From: Escherichia coli
GTDB taxonomy: Bacteria; Pseudomonadota; Gammaproteobacteria; Enterobacterales; Enterobacteriaceae
NCBI RefSeq assembly: GCF_001677475.2
Contig: NZ_CP015229.1
Reading direction: 5' to 3' (one strand)
DNA length: 64,000 nt
Shown here piece by piece: positions 47,222-59,962 of the stretch. The notes below the pieces were generated by a model. It made no database searches. It was given only the letters and a program-made list of their open reading frames with translations, and had not been told where the DNA came from. A program made the position numbers and the translations under genes. How positions within the stretch are numbered: position 1 is the stretch's first letter; each line of letters opens with the position of its first letter.

Positions 47222-47770
47222 ATGGACAAATTCGACGCTAATCGCCGCAAACTGCTGGCGCTTGGTGGCGTTGCACTCGGTGCCGCCATCCTGCCGACCC
47301 CTGCGTTTGCAACACTCTCTACCCCACGCCCGCGCATTTTGACACTCAATAATCTTCATACCGGAGAGTCAATCAAAGCGGAGTTTTTCGATGGCAGAGG
47401 CTATATTCAGGAAGAATTGGCAAAACTTAACCATTTTTTCCGCGATTATCGCGCGAACAAAATAAAGTCCATCGACCCAGGATTGTTCGATCAGTTGTAT
47501 CGCCTGCAAGGGTTATTAGGTACCCGCAAACCGGTGCAACTCATTTCCGGTTATCGTTCCATTGATACCAACAATGAACTACGCGCCCGCAGCCGTGGAG
47601 TAGCGAAGAAAAGCTATCACACGAAAGGGCAGGCGATGGATTTCCATATTGAAGGTATCGCGTTAAGCAATATTCGCAAAGCCGCGTTATCTATGCGCGC
47701 AGGTGGTGTAGGATATTACCCACGTAGTAACTTTGTGCATATTGATACCGGGCCAGCACGGCACTGGTAG
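47222..47770 (+). CDS. mepK: Tat-exported peptidoglycan endopeptidase MepK/YcbK
   Basis: MDKFDANRRKLLALGGVALGAAILPTPAFA twin-arginine signal; ORF-track frame extends 3 codons upstream. Confidence 0.85.
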   Translation: MDKFDANRRKLLALGGVALGAAILPTPAFATLSTPRPRILTLNNLHTGESIKAEFFDGRGYIQEELAKLNHFFRDYRANKIKSIDPGLFDQLYRLQGLLGTRKPVQLISGYRSIDTNNELRARSRGVAKKSYHTKGQAMDFHIEGIALSNIRKAALSMRAGGVGYYPRSNFVHIDTGPARHW

Positions 47771-47796
47771 CAATCGCTTAACGAAACAGGGGCAGT

Positions 47797-48444
47797 ATGA
47801 ACTATCGTATTATTCCGGTCACCGCATTCTCCCAGAACTGTTCATTGATCTGGTGTGAACAAACCCGTCTGGCCGCACTGGTCGATCCTGGCGGCGATGC
47901 GGAAAAAATCAAACAGGAAGTTGACGCCAGCGGCCTGACACTGATGCAGATCCTGCTGACGCATGGTCATCTGGACCACGTTGGTGCAGCGACGGAACTG
48001 GCGCAACATTACGGCGTGCCGGTTTTTGGCCCGGAAAAAGAAGATGAGTTCTGGCTGCAAGGCTTGCCTGCGCAAAGTCGTATGTTTGGGCTGGAAGAGT
48101 GCCAGCCGCTGACGCCAGATCGTTGGCTGAACGAAGGCGATACCATCAGCATAGGGAATGTGACTTTACAGGTGTTACATTGCCCTGGGCATACGCCGGG
48201 TCATGTCGTGTTTTTTGATGAGCGGGCAAAGCTGCTGATTTCTGGCGATGTTATTTTCAAAGGCGGAGTAGGGCGCAGTGACTTCCCGCGTGGCGATCAT
48301 AATCAACTGATTTCTTCAATCAAAGATAAATTGCTGCCACTGGGGGATGACGTGACATTTATTCCGGGTCACGGACCATTATCCACACTTGGTTATGAAC
48401 GCCTGCATAATCCCTTCCTGCAAGACGAAATGCCCGTCTGGTAA
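47797..48444 (+). CDS. gloC: Metallo-beta-lactamase-fold hydrolase (glyoxalase II-like) (215 aa)
   Basis: THGHLDHVG metal-binding motif. Confidence 0.85.
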   Translation: MNYRIIPVTAFSQNCSLIWCEQTRLAALVDPGGDAEKIKQEVDASGLTLMQILLTHGHLDHVGAATELAQHYGVPVFGPEKEDEFWLQGLPAQSRMFGLEECQPLTPDRWLNEGDTISIGNVTLQVLHCPGHTPGHVVFFDERAKLLISGDVIFKGGVGRSDFPRGDHNQLISSIKDKLLPLGDDVTFIPGHGPLSTLGYERLHNPFLQDEMPVW

Positions 48445-48454
48445 GGCACACATA

Positions 48455-48487
48455 AAAAAGCCCGCTTTTCAGCGGGCTTCATTGTTT
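48455..48487. terminator. Bidirectional terminator between gloC and aspC
   Basis: AAGCCCGC-TTTTCA-GCGGGCTT flanked by A-run and T-run. Confidence 0.5.
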
Positions 48488-48494
48488 TTAACGC

Positions 48495-49685
48495 TTACAG
48501 CACTGCCACAATCGCTTCGCACAGCGGAGCCATGTTATCTGGTGTCATCCCGGCCACGTTTACGCGACCAGAAGCAACAGCATACACGCCAAACTCTTCG
48601 CGCAGACGCAGCACTTGTTCTTTTGTCAGGCCACTGAAGGAGAACATGCCGTTCTGTTTGATGATAAAGCTGAAGTCGCGGTTTGCGCCTTTTTCCTGCA
48701 GCGTATTGACGAACAACTGACGCATACGCTGAATACGCTGGCGCATATCAGTCAGCTCTTGTTCCCAAATCGCACGTAACGCATCGTTGCTCAGGATGGT
48801 GGCAACAACAGAAGCGCCGTGTGCTGGTGGGTTAGAGTAGTTAGCGCGAATCGCCGCTTTCATTTGGCTGAATGCGCGATCAACGGTTTCACTGTCGGCA
48901 GCAACCAGAGTACAAGCGCCAACACGCTCGTTGTACAGGCCAAAGTTTTTAGAGTAGGAACTGGCAACAATCAGCTCTTTATGCATAGCCGCGAAAGCGC
49001 GCAGTCCTTCAGCATCTTCTTCCAGACCACGGGCAAAACCCTGGTAAGCGAAGTCAAACAGCGGTAACCAGCCTTTCTCAACGGAGAGTTGTGCCAGTGT
49101 CTGCCATTGTTCCAGCGTAGGGTCGATACCGGTTGGGTTATGGCAGCAGCCATGGAACAGCACTACGTCGCCAGCCTGAGCTTCGTTCAGGCTGTTAATC
49201 AGTGCATCGAAGTCAAGGGTGTGGTTTTCCGCATCATAATAAGCGTATTCACGAACTTCCAGACCTGCAGAGTTAAAGACGCTCTTATGGTTCGGCCAGC
49301 TTGGGTTGCTCACCCACACACGCTTAACGCTGGTATTTTTTGCCAGGAAATCGGCAGCCACGCGTAGTGCGCCAGTGCCACCCGGAGTCTGTGCCGTGCG
49401 AGCACGTTTGTCATTGATCAGGGCGCTACCTTTACCAAACAGCAGTTCCTGAGTGCAGCGACCAAATTCAGGGATGCCGTCAATGCCGAGGTAATTTTTG
49501 GTGGTTTCATTTTCGAGCAGATACTGTTCAGCCTTTTTCACGCTGGTCAGTACCGGGGTTTTGCCCGTCTCATCTTTATAGACACCAATCCCGAGGTTAA
49601 TTTTGCCGGGACGTTCATCGGCACGAAACAGATCGGCCAGGCCCAGAATCGGGTCGGCAGGAGCGGCGGTAATGTTCTCAAACAT
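48495..49685 (-). CDS. aspC: Aspartate aminotransferase (396 aa)
   Basis: [36 protein letters not shown]; PLP-lysine motif SYSKNFGLY. Confidence 0.95.
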   Translation of the reverse strand: MFENITAAPADPILGLADLFRADERPGKINLGIGVYKDETGKTPVLTSVKKAEQYLLENETTKNYLGIDGIPEFGRCTQELLFGKGSALINDKRARTAQTPGGTGALRVAADFLAKNTSVKRVWVSNPSWPNHKSVFNSAGLEVREYAYYDAENHTLDFDALINSLNEAQAGDVVLFHGCCHNPTGIDPTLEQWQTLAQLSVEKGWLPLFDFAYQGFARGLEEDAEGLRAFAAMHKELIVASSYSKNFGLYNERVGACTLVAADSETVDRAFSQMKAAIRANYSNPPAHGASVVATILSNDALRAIWEQELTDMRQRIQRMRQLFVNTLQEKGANRDFSFIIKQNGMFSFSGLTKEQVLRLREEFGVYAVASGRVNVAGMTPDNMAPLCEAIVAVL

Positions 49686-49814
49686 GACGAGGTTCCATTA
49701 TGGTTACAGAAGGGAAGTCCGCTATCAGGGTAACGGGAGATTTACAAAATTCCAACTATTACTGATGAAAACGCAGGCTGTTTTTGCAAGACGTGAGATT
49801 GCTCTGGAAGGCAT

Positions 49815-49844
49815 AAAAAAAACAGGACCAACGTCCTGTTTTTT
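49815..49844. terminator. Symmetric hairpin with flanking A/T runs downstream of ompF
   Basis: AAAAAAAA-CAGGAC-CAAC-GTCCTG-TTTTTT. Confidence 0.55.
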
Positions 49845-49869
49845 CGGCATTTAACAAAGAGGTGTGCTA

Positions 49870-50958
49870 TTAGAACTGGTAAACGATACCCACAGCAACG
49901 GTGTCGTCAGAACCTACGCCCAGTTTGTTGTCAGAATCGATCTGGTTGATGATGTAGTCAACATAGGTGGACATGTTTTTGTTGAAGTAGTAGGTTGCGC
50001 CCACTTCAAAGTAGTTCACCAGATCAACATCACCGATACCTTCTACGTCTTTCGCTTTAGATTTGGTGTAAGCGATGGACGGACGCAGACCGAAATCGAA
50101 CTGGTATTGCGCAACTAACAGAACGTCTTGCGTTTTGTTGGCGAAGCCGCTGATGTTTGTAAATTTATTAGTGATCGGCGTAGCGTTACGGGTTTCACCG
50201 TAGTTCGCTGCCAGGTAGATGTTGTTCGCGTCATACTTCAGACCAGTAGCCCACTGTTCAGCTTTTTTACCGTTGCCAAGAAGTTGAGCTTCTTGCAGGT
50301 TGGTACGGTCAGCTGCGCCATAAGCACCAACGATACCAAAGCCTTCGTATTCGTAGCTGATAGAACCGCCAACACCGTCGCCGTTAGAACGGCGTGCAGA
50401 GTCACGCTCGTTTTTACCCAGGTACTGAACAGCGAAGTTCAGGCCATCAACCAGACCAAAGAAGTTGGAGTTACGATAGGTAGCAACGCCGCCAACACGA
50501 CCAACGAAGAAGTCATCGCTGTATGCAGTATCACCACCAAATTCTGGCAGCATATCGGTGTAACCCAGTGCATCATAAACCACACCGTAGTTACGGCCGT
50601 AATCGAAAGAACCAACGTCAGCGTATTTAAGACCCGCGAATGCCAGACGCGTTTTGTTACCAGTTTGAGCGTCAGCGCCTTCAGAGTTGTTACCCTGGAA
50701 GTTATATTCCCACTGACCATAACCGGTCAGATCGGAATTGATTTGAGTTTCCCCTTTAAAACCAAGACGGGCATAGGTCATGTCGCCATTGCCACCGTAA
50801 CTGTTTTCACCGTTACCCTTGGAGAAATAATGCAGACCGACAGCTTTACCGTACAGATCTACTTTGTTGCCATCTTTGTTATAGATTTCTGCAGCGTTTG
50901 CAGTACCTGCTACTAACAGAGCAGGGACGGTCACTGCCAGAATATTGCGCTTCATCAT
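49870..50958 (-). CDS. ompF: Outer membrane porin OmpF (362 aa)
   Basis: [38 protein letters not shown] … VGIVYQF. Confidence 0.95.
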   Translation of the reverse strand: MMKRNILAVTVPALLVAGTANAAEIYNKDGNKVDLYGKAVGLHYFSKGNGENSYGGNGDMTYARLGFKGETQINSDLTGYGQWEYNFQGNNSEGADAQTGNKTRLAFAGLKYADVGSFDYGRNYGVVYDALGYTDMLPEFGGDTAYSDDFFVGRVGGVATYRNSNFFGLVDGLNFAVQYLGKNERDSARRSNGDGVGGSISYEYEGFGIVGAYGAADRTNLQEAQLLGNGKKAEQWATGLKYDANNIYLAANYGETRNATPITNKFTNISGFANKTQDVLLVAQYQFDFGLRPSIAYTKSKAKDVEGIGDVDLVNYFEVGATYYFNKNMSTYVDYIINQIDSDNKLGVGSDDTVAVGIVYQF

Positions 50959-51146
50959 TATTTATTACCCTCATGGTTTTTTTATGACACCTGCCACTGC
51001 CGCCAATAAGTTCTGTCAATAAAAATTTACGGAACTATTGATGAGAGTTTGGTGTCTTTATGTGTCTGCAGGCATCTTTCCATTCAAACTAACGTTTCGC
51101 TACCGTGAAAGTGCTACAAAGATAAAGATTTGGTTTCAGAAAGAAA

Positions 51147-51170
51147 AAATATGTAACCAAAAGTAAAAAT
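51147..51170 (-). promoter_or_regulatory. OmpR binding site (F1-type box) upstream of ompF
   Basis: Minus-strand sequence TTTTTACTTTTGGTTACATATT matches the ompF F1 OmpR box as I recall it; lies about 190 bp upstream of the ompF ATG. Confidence 0.5.
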
Positions 51171-51512
51171 TAAGGAACTTTGTGAACACCGTCATATTTC
51201 CATAGAGATGTGATGATATTTACAGCAATTTTTATCTATTTATATGATTTCCTTATATTTAAATTAACTAAACGGAAATTTTGTTTCTGATGGAAACTTT
51301 ATCGACCTGGCACAAAATCCTCTTTCAGACATCCAGAATGCCAAAAAATAGTATGAAAATTGTGCTATCAGCTAAGAAAAAACTAATCCGCAATAAGAAT
51401 GCGGGTTATTTTTTGTGCGTAAATGTTGCAATGTAATATTCCGTAACAGGATAATCGTTATGGCGGGGTTGCAAATAGATTGCTTGACTTAACAAACAGA
51501 TAACTTGACAGA

Positions 51513-51546
51513 AAGGATAAAAAAGAGCCAGCGGGCGCTGGCTCTT
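51513..51546 (-). terminator. asnS terminator
   Basis: AAGAGCCAGCG-GG-CGCTGGCTCTT, with a T-run on the minus strand. Confidence 0.5.
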
Positions 51547-51558
51547 GAAGACGCTAAA

Positions 51559-52959
51559 TTAGAAGCTGGCGTTACGCGGAGTACGTGGGAACGGAATCAC
51601 ATCACGCACGTTTTGCACACCAGTTACGTAAGCAATCAGGCGTTCAAAACCAAGACCGAAACCTGAATGCGGAACAGTACCGTAGCGACGCAGATCGCGA
51701 TACCACCAGTAATCTTCTTTATTCAGGCCCATTTCCAGCATACGCTCGTCCAGCACGTCCAGACGTTCTTCACGCTGGGAGCCACCAATGATCTCACCGA
51801 TGCCCGGAGCCAGAACGTCCATAGCCGCAACGGTTTTACCGTCTTCGTTAAGGCGCATATAGAACGCTTTAATATCTTTCGGATAGTTTTTAACCACTAC
51901 CGGTGCTTTAAAGTGTTCTTCCGCCAGATAACGCTCATGCTCAGAAGAGAGATCGACTCCCCAGTAAACCGGGTTTTCAAACTTCCTGCCGCAGTTTTCG
52001 AGAATTGTCACTGCGTCGGTATAATCCACCTGCGCGAAATCGGCCTCAATGAAGCGTTCCAGACGTGAAACGGCATCTTTATCTACGCGTTCAGCGAAGA
52101 ATTTCATGTCGTCAGCGCGTTCTTCGAGAACCGCTTTGAAGACATATTTCAGCATGGCTTCAGCCAGACCTGCGATATCGTTCAGGTTAGCAAACGCCAC
52201 TTCCGGCTCCAGCATCCAGAATTCCGCCAGGTGACGGCTGGTGTTGGAGTTTTCAGCACGGAAAGTCGGGCCGAAGGTATAAATTTTGGATAATGCGCAA
52301 GCGTAGGTTTCGCCGTTCAACTGGCCAGATACGGTCAGGAAAGACTCTTTACCAAAGAAGTCTTTGTCGAAATCCACTTTGCCCTGATCGTTACGCGGCA
52401 GGTTTTCCAGATCCAGCGTAGAAACGCGGAACATTTCGCCAGCCCCTTCGGTATCAGACGCAGTAATCAGTGGCGTTGAAACCCAGAAGAATCCCTGCTC
52501 GTTAAAGAAGCGATGCAGCGCCTGCGCCAGCGTATGGCGAACGCGCGCGACGGCACCAATCAGGTTTGTGCGCGGACGCAGGTGAGCGACTTCGCGCAGA
52601 TACTCTATGCTGTGGCGTTTTGCCGCCATCGGGTAAGTGTCTGGATCTTCAACCCAACCAGCAACTTCAACCTTGCTGGCCTGAATTTCAAATTGTTGCC
52701 CCTGGCCCGGCGACGCCACGACTTTACCCGTCACAATGACCGAGCAGCCGGTGGTCAGACGCAGGACGTCTTCATTGTAATTGGGCAGAGAATTATTGAT
52801 GACAGCCTGTACAGGATCAAAGCAGGAACCGTCATAAACGGCGAGGAAGGAGATGCCAGCTTTTGAATCTCGGCGGGTACGTACCCATCCGCGTACGGTG
52901 ACTTCGCTGTCAACGGCTACGCGGCCCTGGAGTACGTCGGCTACAGGCACAACGCTCAT
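51559..52959 (-). CDS. asnS: Asparaginyl-tRNA synthetase (466 aa)
   Basis: Starts [26 protein letters not shown]; class II aaRS; ORF-track frame extends 15 codons upstream. Confidence 0.95.
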
Positions 52960-53091
52960 AATATTCTCTCTGTTAATAGTCGGAAAAAATAAACACTTGT
53001 CCACCCGTAAATGGGGGGATACCTATGTTACCTGGCATCTGCAATCAGACAAGCAGAATTCGCAAATGCAGCGAAAGATTTCGGAATTAAA

Positions 53092-53120
53092 GGTAAAAAA
53101 AGGGAGCCGATTAGCTCCCT
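53092..53120 (-). terminator. pncB terminator
   Basis: GGGAGC-CGATTA-GCTCCC with T-run on the minus strand. Confidence 0.45.
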
Positions 53121-53127
53121 GATGATA

Positions 53128-54330
53128 TTAACTGGCTTTTTTAATATGCGGAAGGTCGAACGCTTTGCGCAGCGCCCGAACAAACGCTTTATCGTGGCAG
53201 ATAGTTTTGCCAGGGCTGTCAGAAAGTTTCGCCACCGGTTTACCGTTACACTCTACCAACTTAATCACAATATTCAGGGGTTTTACCTGGGGGATATCGC
53301 AGGTCAGGCGAGTCCCAATACCAAAACTTAATTGCACGCGGGAAGAGAAGTGGCGGTATAGCTCAACCGCTTTGCGTAAATCCAGATTGTCAGAGAAAAC
53401 CAGCGTTTTACTCTGTGGATCAATTCCCAGCTTTTTATAATGTGCAATGGCTTTTTCACCCCATTCAACCGGGTCGCCAGAGTCATGACGCAGGCCCTGG
53501 TACCGACTAGCGAACTCGACACCGAAATCACGCAGGAAAGCATCCATAGTGATGCAGTCGGTTAATGCAATGCCAAGTTGGTCGGGATATTCTTCCAGCC
53601 AGGCAGCAAGTGCAGCTCGCTGGCTGTTGGCTAGATCCGGGCTGATTTGCTGATGTGCCTGGAACCATTCGTGTGCCTGTGTTCCCATCGGCGTGAGGGA
53701 AAGCCGACGCGCCAGATCGTAGTTGCTGGTGCCCACGAACCAGGATTCCTGTTGCAGACGCTTAACGATGGTTTCTTGTACTTCGCGAGAAAAACGGCGA
53801 CGGGTGCCAAAATCCATCAGATGGAAGCGCGACATATCAAGGCCGGCGGTTAACGCCGAGAAGTCGACTAATTTGCTTTCCAGCGTGTCGAGGGCTTGCG
53901 CAACGTCGGCCTGCGGTGAGCGATAGCGATGTACCATTTCACTGATAACCGCCAGCAAAGGAACTTCCCAGAGGATGACTTCACGCCACGGGCCGCTTAA
54001 ACGAATATCCAGCTTGCCATTATCGTTGGACACGGTGACTTGTTCCGGGTTAAAGCGGAACTCGCGTAGCCAGTTAAGATAGTCGGCTTTAAAGAAAGGC
54101 AGGACAGAGAGCCACTGATATTCATCATCCTGCAGGCGCAGGTACTGCATCGCCTGAACCTGTTCACGAATAGCATCGGCATAAATACCCAGCAGATCGT
54201 CACCTCGGCAACGAAACTCCGCCGCGACATGCACATCGTAATAGTGATGAAACACGGCTTGCTGCATATGCAACTTATAAGCATCTGTATCCAGCAACGA
54301 GTGCAGAACAGGAGAAGCGAATTGTGTCAT
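53128..54330 (-). CDS. pncB: Nicotinate phosphoribosyltransferase (400 aa)
   Basis: Starts [26 protein letters not shown]; ORF-track frame extends 16 codons upstream. Confidence 0.9.
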   Translation of the reverse strand: MTQFASPVLHSLLDTDAYKLHMQQAVFHHYYDVHVAAEFRCRGDDLLGIYADAIREQVQAMQYLRLQDDEYQWLSVLPFFKADYLNWLREFRFNPEQVTVSNDNGKLDIRLSGPWREVILWEVPLLAVISEMVHRYRSPQADVAQALDTLESKLVDFSALTAGLDMSRFHLMDFGTRRRFSREVQETIVKRLQQESWFVGTSNYDLARRLSLTPMGTQAHEWFQAHQQISPDLANSQRAALAAWLEEYPDQLGIALTDCITMDAFLRDFGVEFASRYQGLRHDSGDPVEWGEKAIAHYKKLGIDPQSKTLVFSDNLDLRKAVELYRHFSSRVQLSFGIGTRLTCDIPQVKPLNIVIKLVECNGKPVAKLSDSPGKTICHDKAFVRALRKAFDLPHIKKAS

Positions 54331-54595
54331 AGGTGCGCAGTAGCGTCCTCGTACAGGAGCGTTTAGTACAATAAACATCTTCAGGAACTGCTGGAGTATA
54401 CCTTGTTTCGCAATTTATTGAACCCCGATCACACCATATGCCACCTTTCTGGTCGATGGCATTACGCGGTGTATGTTATAAAAATGTAGCAATAAAGGCG
54501 TTTGTACCTGAAAAGATGAAGATTCTGCATAGCGCGATTTACGCAACAGGAATAGACTGAACACCAGACTCTATAAAAGATGCTAAAGGTTATTT

Positions 54596-57208
54596 ATGAC
54601 TCAACAGCCACAAGCCAAATACCGTCACGATTATCGTGCGCCGGATTACCAGATTACTGATATTGACTTGACCTTTGACCTCGACGCGCAAAAGACGGTC
54701 GTTACCGCGGTCAGCCAGGCTGTCCGTCATGGTGCATCAGATGCTCCGCTTCGTCTCAACGGCGAAGACCTCAAACTGGTTTCTGTTCATATTAATGATG
54801 AGCCGTGGACCGCCTGGAAAGAAGAAGAGGGCGCACTGGTCATCAGTAATTTGCCGGAGCATTTTACGCTTAAGATCGTTAATGAAATTAGCCCGGCGGC
54901 GAATACTGCGCTGGAAGGGCTTTATCAGTCAGGCGATGCGCTTTGCACCCAGTGTGAAGCCGAAGGTTTCCGCCACATTACGTATTATCTCGACCGCCCG
55001 GACGTGCTGGCGCGTTTTACCACCAAAATTATTGCCGATAAAACCAAATATCCCTTCCTGCTTTCCAACGGTAACCGCGTTGCGCAAGGCGAACTGGAAA
55101 ACGGACGTCACTGGGTACAGTGGCAGGACCCGTTCCCGAAACCGTGCTACCTGTTTGCGCTGGTGGCAGGCGACTTCGACGTGCTGCGCGACACCTTTAC
55201 CACGCGTTCTGGTCGCGAAGTAGCACTGGAGCTGTTCGTCGATCGCGGCAACCTTGATCGCGCGCCGTGGGCGATGACCTCGCTGAAAAACTCAATGAAA
55301 TGGGATGAAGAGCGCTTCGGCCTGGAGTATGACCTCGACATCTATATGATCGTCGCGGTGGACTTCTTTAATATGGGCGCAATGGAGAATAAAGGTCTGA
55401 ATATCTTTAACTCCAAATATGTGCTGGCCCGTACCGACACCGCCACCGATAAAGATTACCTCGATATTGAGCGTGTTATTGGTCACGAATATTTCCACAA
55501 CTGGACCGGTAACCGTGTGACCTGCCGCGACTGGTTCCAGCTCAGCCTGAAAGAAGGTTTAACCGTCTTCCGCGATCAGGAGTTCAGCTCTGACCTTGGT
55601 TCCCGTGCAGTTAACCGCATCAATAATGTGCGCACCATGCGCGGATTGCAGTTTGCGGAAGACGCCAGCCCGATGGCGCATCCAATCCGCCCGGATATGG
55701 TCATTGAGATGAACAACTTCTACACCCTGACCGTTTACGAGAAGGGCGCGGAAGTGATTCGCATGATCCACACCCTGCTTGGCGAAGAAAACTTCCAGAA
55801 AGGGATGCAGCTCTATTTCGAGCGCCATGATGGCAGCGCGGCAACCTGCGACGACTTTGTTCAGGCGATGGAAGATGCGTCGAATGTCGATCTCTCTCAT
55901 TTCCGCCGTTGGTACAGCCAGTCCGGTACGCCGGTTGTGACCGTCAAAGACGACTATAATCCGGAAACAGAGCAGTACACCCTGACCATCAGCCAGCGCA
56001 CGCCAGCTACGCCGGATCAGGCAGAAAAACAACCGCTGCATATTCCGTTTGCCATCGAACTGTATGATAACGAAGGCAAAGTGATCCCGTTGCAGAAAGG
56101 CGGCCATCCGGTGAATTCCGTGCTGAACGTCACCCAGGCGGAACAGACCTTTGTCTTTGATAATGTCTACTTCCAGCCGGTGCCTGCGCTGCTGTGCGAA
56201 TTCTCTGCGCCAGTGAAACTGGAATATAAGTGGAGCGATCAGCAACTGACCTTCCTGATGCGTCATGCGCGTAATGATTTCTCCCGTTGGGATGCGGCGC
56301 AAAGCCTGCTGGCAACCTACATCAAGCTGAACGTCGCGCGTCATCAGCAAGGTCAGCCGCTGTCTCTGCCAGTGCATGTGGCCGACGCTTTCCGCGCGGT
56401 ACTGCTTGATGAGAAGATTGATCCGGCTCTGGCGGCAGAAATCCTGACGCTGCCTTCCGTCAATGAAATGGCTGAACTGTTCGATATCATCGACCCGATT
56501 GCTATTGCCGAAGTACGCGAAGCACTCACTCGTACTCTGGCGACTGAACTGGCGGATGAGCTGCTGGCTATTTACAACGCGAATTACCAGAGCGAGTACC
56601 GCGTTGAGCATGAAGATATTGCAAAACGCACTCTGCGTAATGCCTGCCTGCGTTTCCTCGCTTTTGGTGAAACGCATCTGGCTGATGTGCTGGTGAGCAA
56701 GCAGTTCCACGAAGCAAACAATATGACTGATGCGCTGGCGGCGCTTTCTGCGGCGGTTGCTGCACAGCTGCCTTGCCGTGACGCGCTGATGCAGGAGTAC
56801 GACGACAAGTGGCATCAGGATGGTCTGGTGATGGATAAATGGTTTATCCTGCAAGCCACCAGCCCGGCGGCGAATGTGCTGGAGACGGTGCGTGGCCTGT
56901 TGCAGCATCGCTCATTTACCATGAGCAACCCGAACCGTATTCGTTCGTTGATTGGTGCGTTTGCGGGCAGCAACCCGGCAGCGTTCCATGCCGAAGATGG
57001 CAGCGGTTACCAGTTCCTGGTGGAAATGCTTACCGACCTCAACAGCCGTAACCCGCAGGTGGCTTCACGCCTGATTGAGCCGCTGATTCGCCTGAAACGT
57101 TACGATGCCAAACGTCAGGAGAAAATGCGCGCGGCGCTGGAGCAGTTGAAAGGGCTGGAAAATCTCTCTGGCGATCTGTACGAGAAGATCACCAAAGCAC
57201 TGGCTTAA
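54596..57208 (+). CDS. pepN: Aminopeptidase N (870 aa)
   Basis: GAMEN and HEYFHNWTGNRVT zinc-binding motifs. Confidence 0.97.
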   Translation: MTQQPQAKYRHDYRAPDYQITDIDLTFDLDAQKTVVTAVSQAVRHGASDAPLRLNGEDLKLVSVHINDEPWTAWKEEEGALVISNLPEHFTLKIVNEISPAANTALEGLYQSGDALCTQCEAEGFRHITYYLDRPDVLARFTTKIIADKTKYPFLLSNGNRVAQGELENGRHWVQWQDPFPKPCYLFALVAGDFDVLRDTFTTRSGREVALELFVDRGNLDRAPWAMTSLKNSMKWDEERFGLEYDLDIYMIVAVDFFNMGAMENKGLNIFNSKYVLARTDTATDKDYLDIERVIGHEYFHNWTGNRVTCRDWFQLSLKEGLTVFRDQEFSSDLGSRAVNRINNVRTMRGLQFAEDASPMAHPIRPDMVIEMNNFYTLTVYEKGAEVIRMIHTLLGEENFQKGMQLYFERHDGSAATCDDFVQAMEDASNVDLSHFRRWYSQSGTPVVTVKDDYNPETEQYTLTISQRTPATPDQAEKQPLHIPFAIELYDNEGKVIPLQKGGHPVNSVLNVTQAEQTFVFDNVYFQPVPALLCEFSAPVKLEYKWSDQQLTFLMRHARNDFSRWDAAQSLLATYIKLNVARHQQGQPLSLPVHVADAFRAVLLDEKIDPALAAEILTLPSVNEMAELFDIIDPIAIAEVREALTRTLATELADELLAIYNANYQSEYRVEHEDIAKRTLRNACLRFLAFGETHLADVLVSKQFHEANNMTDALAALSAAVAAQLPCRDALMQEYDDKWHQDGLVMDKWFILQATSPAANVLETVRGLLQHRSFTMSNPNRIRSLIGAFAGSNPAAFHAEDGSGYQFLVEMLTDLNSRNPQVASRLIEPLIRLKRYDAKRQEKMRAALEQLKGLENLSGDLYEKITKALA

Positions 57209-57215
57209 AAAATAA

Positions 57216-57245
57216 CCGAATGGCGGCAATAGCGCCGCCATTCGG
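57216..57245. terminator. Hairpin between convergent pepN and ssuB
   Basis: CCGAATGGCGGC-AATAGC-GCCGCCATTCGG, a 12-bp perfect stem. Confidence 0.5.
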
Positions 57246-57249
57246 GAAT

Positions 57250-58017
57250 TTACCCCTGTTTTCTCAGGCGAGTTTCAGATTCACCACGCTGCATCACCCG
57301 TTGCAACACTTCCGCTTCCAGCTCCGCTAATCGCACCGACCCTAACCGGCGCGGACGGGGGATATCCACCGTCAAATCCAGACCAATTTTTCCCTCTTCA
57401 ATTAACAACACCCGGTCAGCCATTGCCACCGCTTCGCTGACATCATGCGTCACCAACAGTACGGTAAAGCCGTGCTCCTGCCAAAGTGACACAATCAAAT
57501 CCTGCATCTCGAGTCGCGTTAAGGCGTCCAGCGCCCCGAGCGGTTCATCAAGCAACAATAAACCCGGTCGATGAATCAACGCTCTTGCCAGCGCCACTCG
57601 CTGTTTCTGCCCGCCTGAAAGTGCGGCAGGCCATTCCCCTGCGCGATTCTCCAGTCCTACTGCAGCCAACGCCCGACGCGCGGCATCGCGCCACTGGCCT
57701 TTAAGGCCTAACCCAACGTTATCAATCACCGATTTCCACGGCAGCAGACGCGCATCCTGAAACATCATTCGCGTGTCTTCCTGAATTTCAGCCAGCGGTG
57801 TGGTGCCCGCTAACACATCGCCAGCGGTTGGCGTTTCCAGACCTGCCAGCAGGCGCAGCAGGGTACTTTTGCCACCACCGCTGCGGCCCACCACCGCCAC
57901 AAACTGACCAGCCGGAATATGTAAATCCAGTTGGTTCAGGACGATATTTTCCGCGTAATGTTTGCTTACTGCATTGAGCAACAATGGTGTGCCCTGGTTC
58001 AGACGAGCAGTATTCAT
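57250..58017 (-). CDS. ssuB: Aliphatic sulfonate ABC transporter ATPase (255 aa)
   Basis: Walker [10 protein letters not shown], signature LSGGQKQR; 4-bp overlap with ssuC. Confidence 0.93.
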
Positions 58018-58805
58018 ACAGTGGCCTCCTTCAAATGATAAGCCGGGTTCCAGCGCAACCAGAGGCGCTCTAACAGCTGTGCGCTGACGTCAGCCAGTTT
58101 GCCGAGCAGGGCGTAAAGAATAATGGCGACCACCACCACGTCCGTTTGCAAAAACTCCCGCGCATTCATCGCCAGATAACCAATGCCTGAATTGGCAGAA
58201 ATGGTTTCGGCAACAATCAGCGTCAGCCACATCAGGCCCAACGCAAAACGCACGCCGACCATAATTGAGGGCAGGGCGCCAGGCAGGATCACATGGATAA
58301 ACAGCGGTATGCCGGATAATCCATAGCTACGCGCCATCTCCACCAGCCCGCGATCGATATTACGGATGCCATGCCAGGTGTTGATATAAATGGGGAATAG
58401 CGTACCGAGTGCGACCAGAAAGATTTTTGCGGATTCATCAATGCCAAACCACAAAATCACCAGCGGGATCAGCGCCAGATGCGGCACGTTGCGCAACATC
58501 TGAATTGAGGTATCCAGCAGCCGTTCTCCCCAGCGCGACAGCCCGCTAATCAGTCCCAGAATCAAGCCCAGCGATCCGCCAATTGAAAAGCCAATGAGCG
58601 CCCGCCAGGAGCTGATCGCCAGATGCTGCCACAATTCGCCGCTGGCGGAGAGCGTCCAGAACGCCATCACTACCCCTTCCGGTGAGGGCAAAATACGCGT
58701 CGACAGCCAGCCAACTGAGGAGGCCAGTTGCCACACCGCCACGATGCCCACCGGTAAAAACCAGGGGGCAACGCGCAATAACCACTTTTTCACTGGCGTT
58801 GCCAT
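58014..58805 (-). CDS. ssuC: Aliphatic sulfonate ABC transporter permease
   Basis: Starts [20 protein letters not shown]; polytopic membrane protein. Confidence 0.92.
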
Positions 58806-58816
58806 CATTTTGTTCC

Positions 58817-59962
58817 TTAGCTTTGCGCGACTTTACGGGGGATAAAATCATTTGCCACCGCTTCGCCTTGCGGATTCAGCGGCTGCGGCTGGGGAATTTC
58901 CGGGATGGCGACATCCAGATGCGGGAACAGCAATTCGCCAACCCGATACGCTTCTTCCAGATGCGGGTAGCCCGAAAGCACAAAACTGTCGATGCCAAGT
59001 GCAGCGTATTCGTTGATTCGCGCGGCGACCGTCGGACCATCGCCCACCAGCGCCGTCCCGGCACCGCCGCGGACTAAGCCAACGCCCGCCCATAAATTGG
59101 GGCTGATCTCCAGATTGTCGCGCTTGCCGTTATGTAACGCCGCCATCCGCTGTTGTCCTACGGAATCCGTCCGGGCGAATGCGGCCTGTGCTTTGGCGAT
59201 AGTCTCATCATCAAGATGCGAGATTAACCGCTCGGCGGCCTGCCACGCTTCGTCGCTGGTTTCACGAACAATCACATGCAGACGAATACCGAAACGAATT
59301 TTGCGTCCATGCGCGGCAGCTTTCGCCCGCACTTGTTCGATTTTCTCTTTAACCAGTTCCGGCGGTTCGCCCCAGGTAAGGTAGAGATCTACTTGTTCTG
59401 CCGCCAGCTCCTGCGCGACATCTGACGATCCGCCAAAGTAAAGTGGCGGATACGGCTGTTGAATCGCCGGGAAGAGCAGTTTTGCTCCGCGCACATGAAT
59501 ATGTTTACCGTTGAAATCGACGGTTTCTCCCTGCAATAAACGTCGCCAGACCTGGGTAAATTCTGCCGAGGCTTCGTAGCGCTCGCTATGGTCGAGGAAC
59601 ACGCCGTCGCCTGCCAGCTCTTGTGGATCGCTGCCTGTGACCAGGTTAAACAACGCACGTCCATTTGAGAGACGGTCAAGCGTGGCGGCCTGGCGGGCGG
59701 CAACGGTAGGTGAGGTTACGCTGGGACGCAGGGCGACAAGAAACTTCAGCCGCTGCGTCACCGGGATCATCGACGCCGCCACCAGCCACGCATCTTCACA
59801 CGATCGCCCTGTTGGGATCAGCACACCGGTATAGCCCAGACGATCCGCCGCTTGCGCAATTTGTTGCAGATAACCGTGATCAACCGGACGTGAACCTTCT
59901 TCCGTTCCCAGATAGTGCCCGTCACCGTGGGTCGGTAAAAACCAGAACATATTCAGGCTCAT
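58817..59962 (-). CDS. ssuD: FMNH2-dependent alkanesulfonate monooxygenase (381 aa)
   Basis: [20 protein letters not shown] luciferase-like fold; 4-bp overlap with ssuA. Confidence 0.95.
   Translation of the reverse strand: MSLNMFWFLPTHGDGHYLGTEEGSRPVDHGYLQQIAQAADRLGYTGVLIPTGRSCEDAWLVAASMIPVTQRLKFLVALRPSVTSPTVAARQAATLDRLSNGRALFNLVTGSDPQELAGDGVFLDHSERYEASAEFTQVWRRLLQGETVDFNGKHIHVRGAKLLFPAIQQPYPPLYFGGSSDVAQELAAEQVDLYLTWGEPPELVKEKIEQVRAKAAAHGRKIRFGIRLHVIVRETSDEAWQAAERLISHLDDETIAKAQAAFARTDSVGQQRMAALHNGKRDNLEISPNLWAGVGLVRGGAGTALVGDGPTVAARINEYAALGIDSFVLSGYPHLEEAYRVGELLFPHLDVAIPEIPQPQPLNPQGEAVANDFIPRKVAQS

Noticed and set aside
50128-50916. 262-aa plus-strand ORF inside ompF
   Set aside because: Antisense shadow ORF of the porin gene.
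55559-56908. 449-aa minus-strand ORF inside pepN
   Set aside because: Antisense to pepN; Arg/Gln-rich translation typical of a reverse frame.
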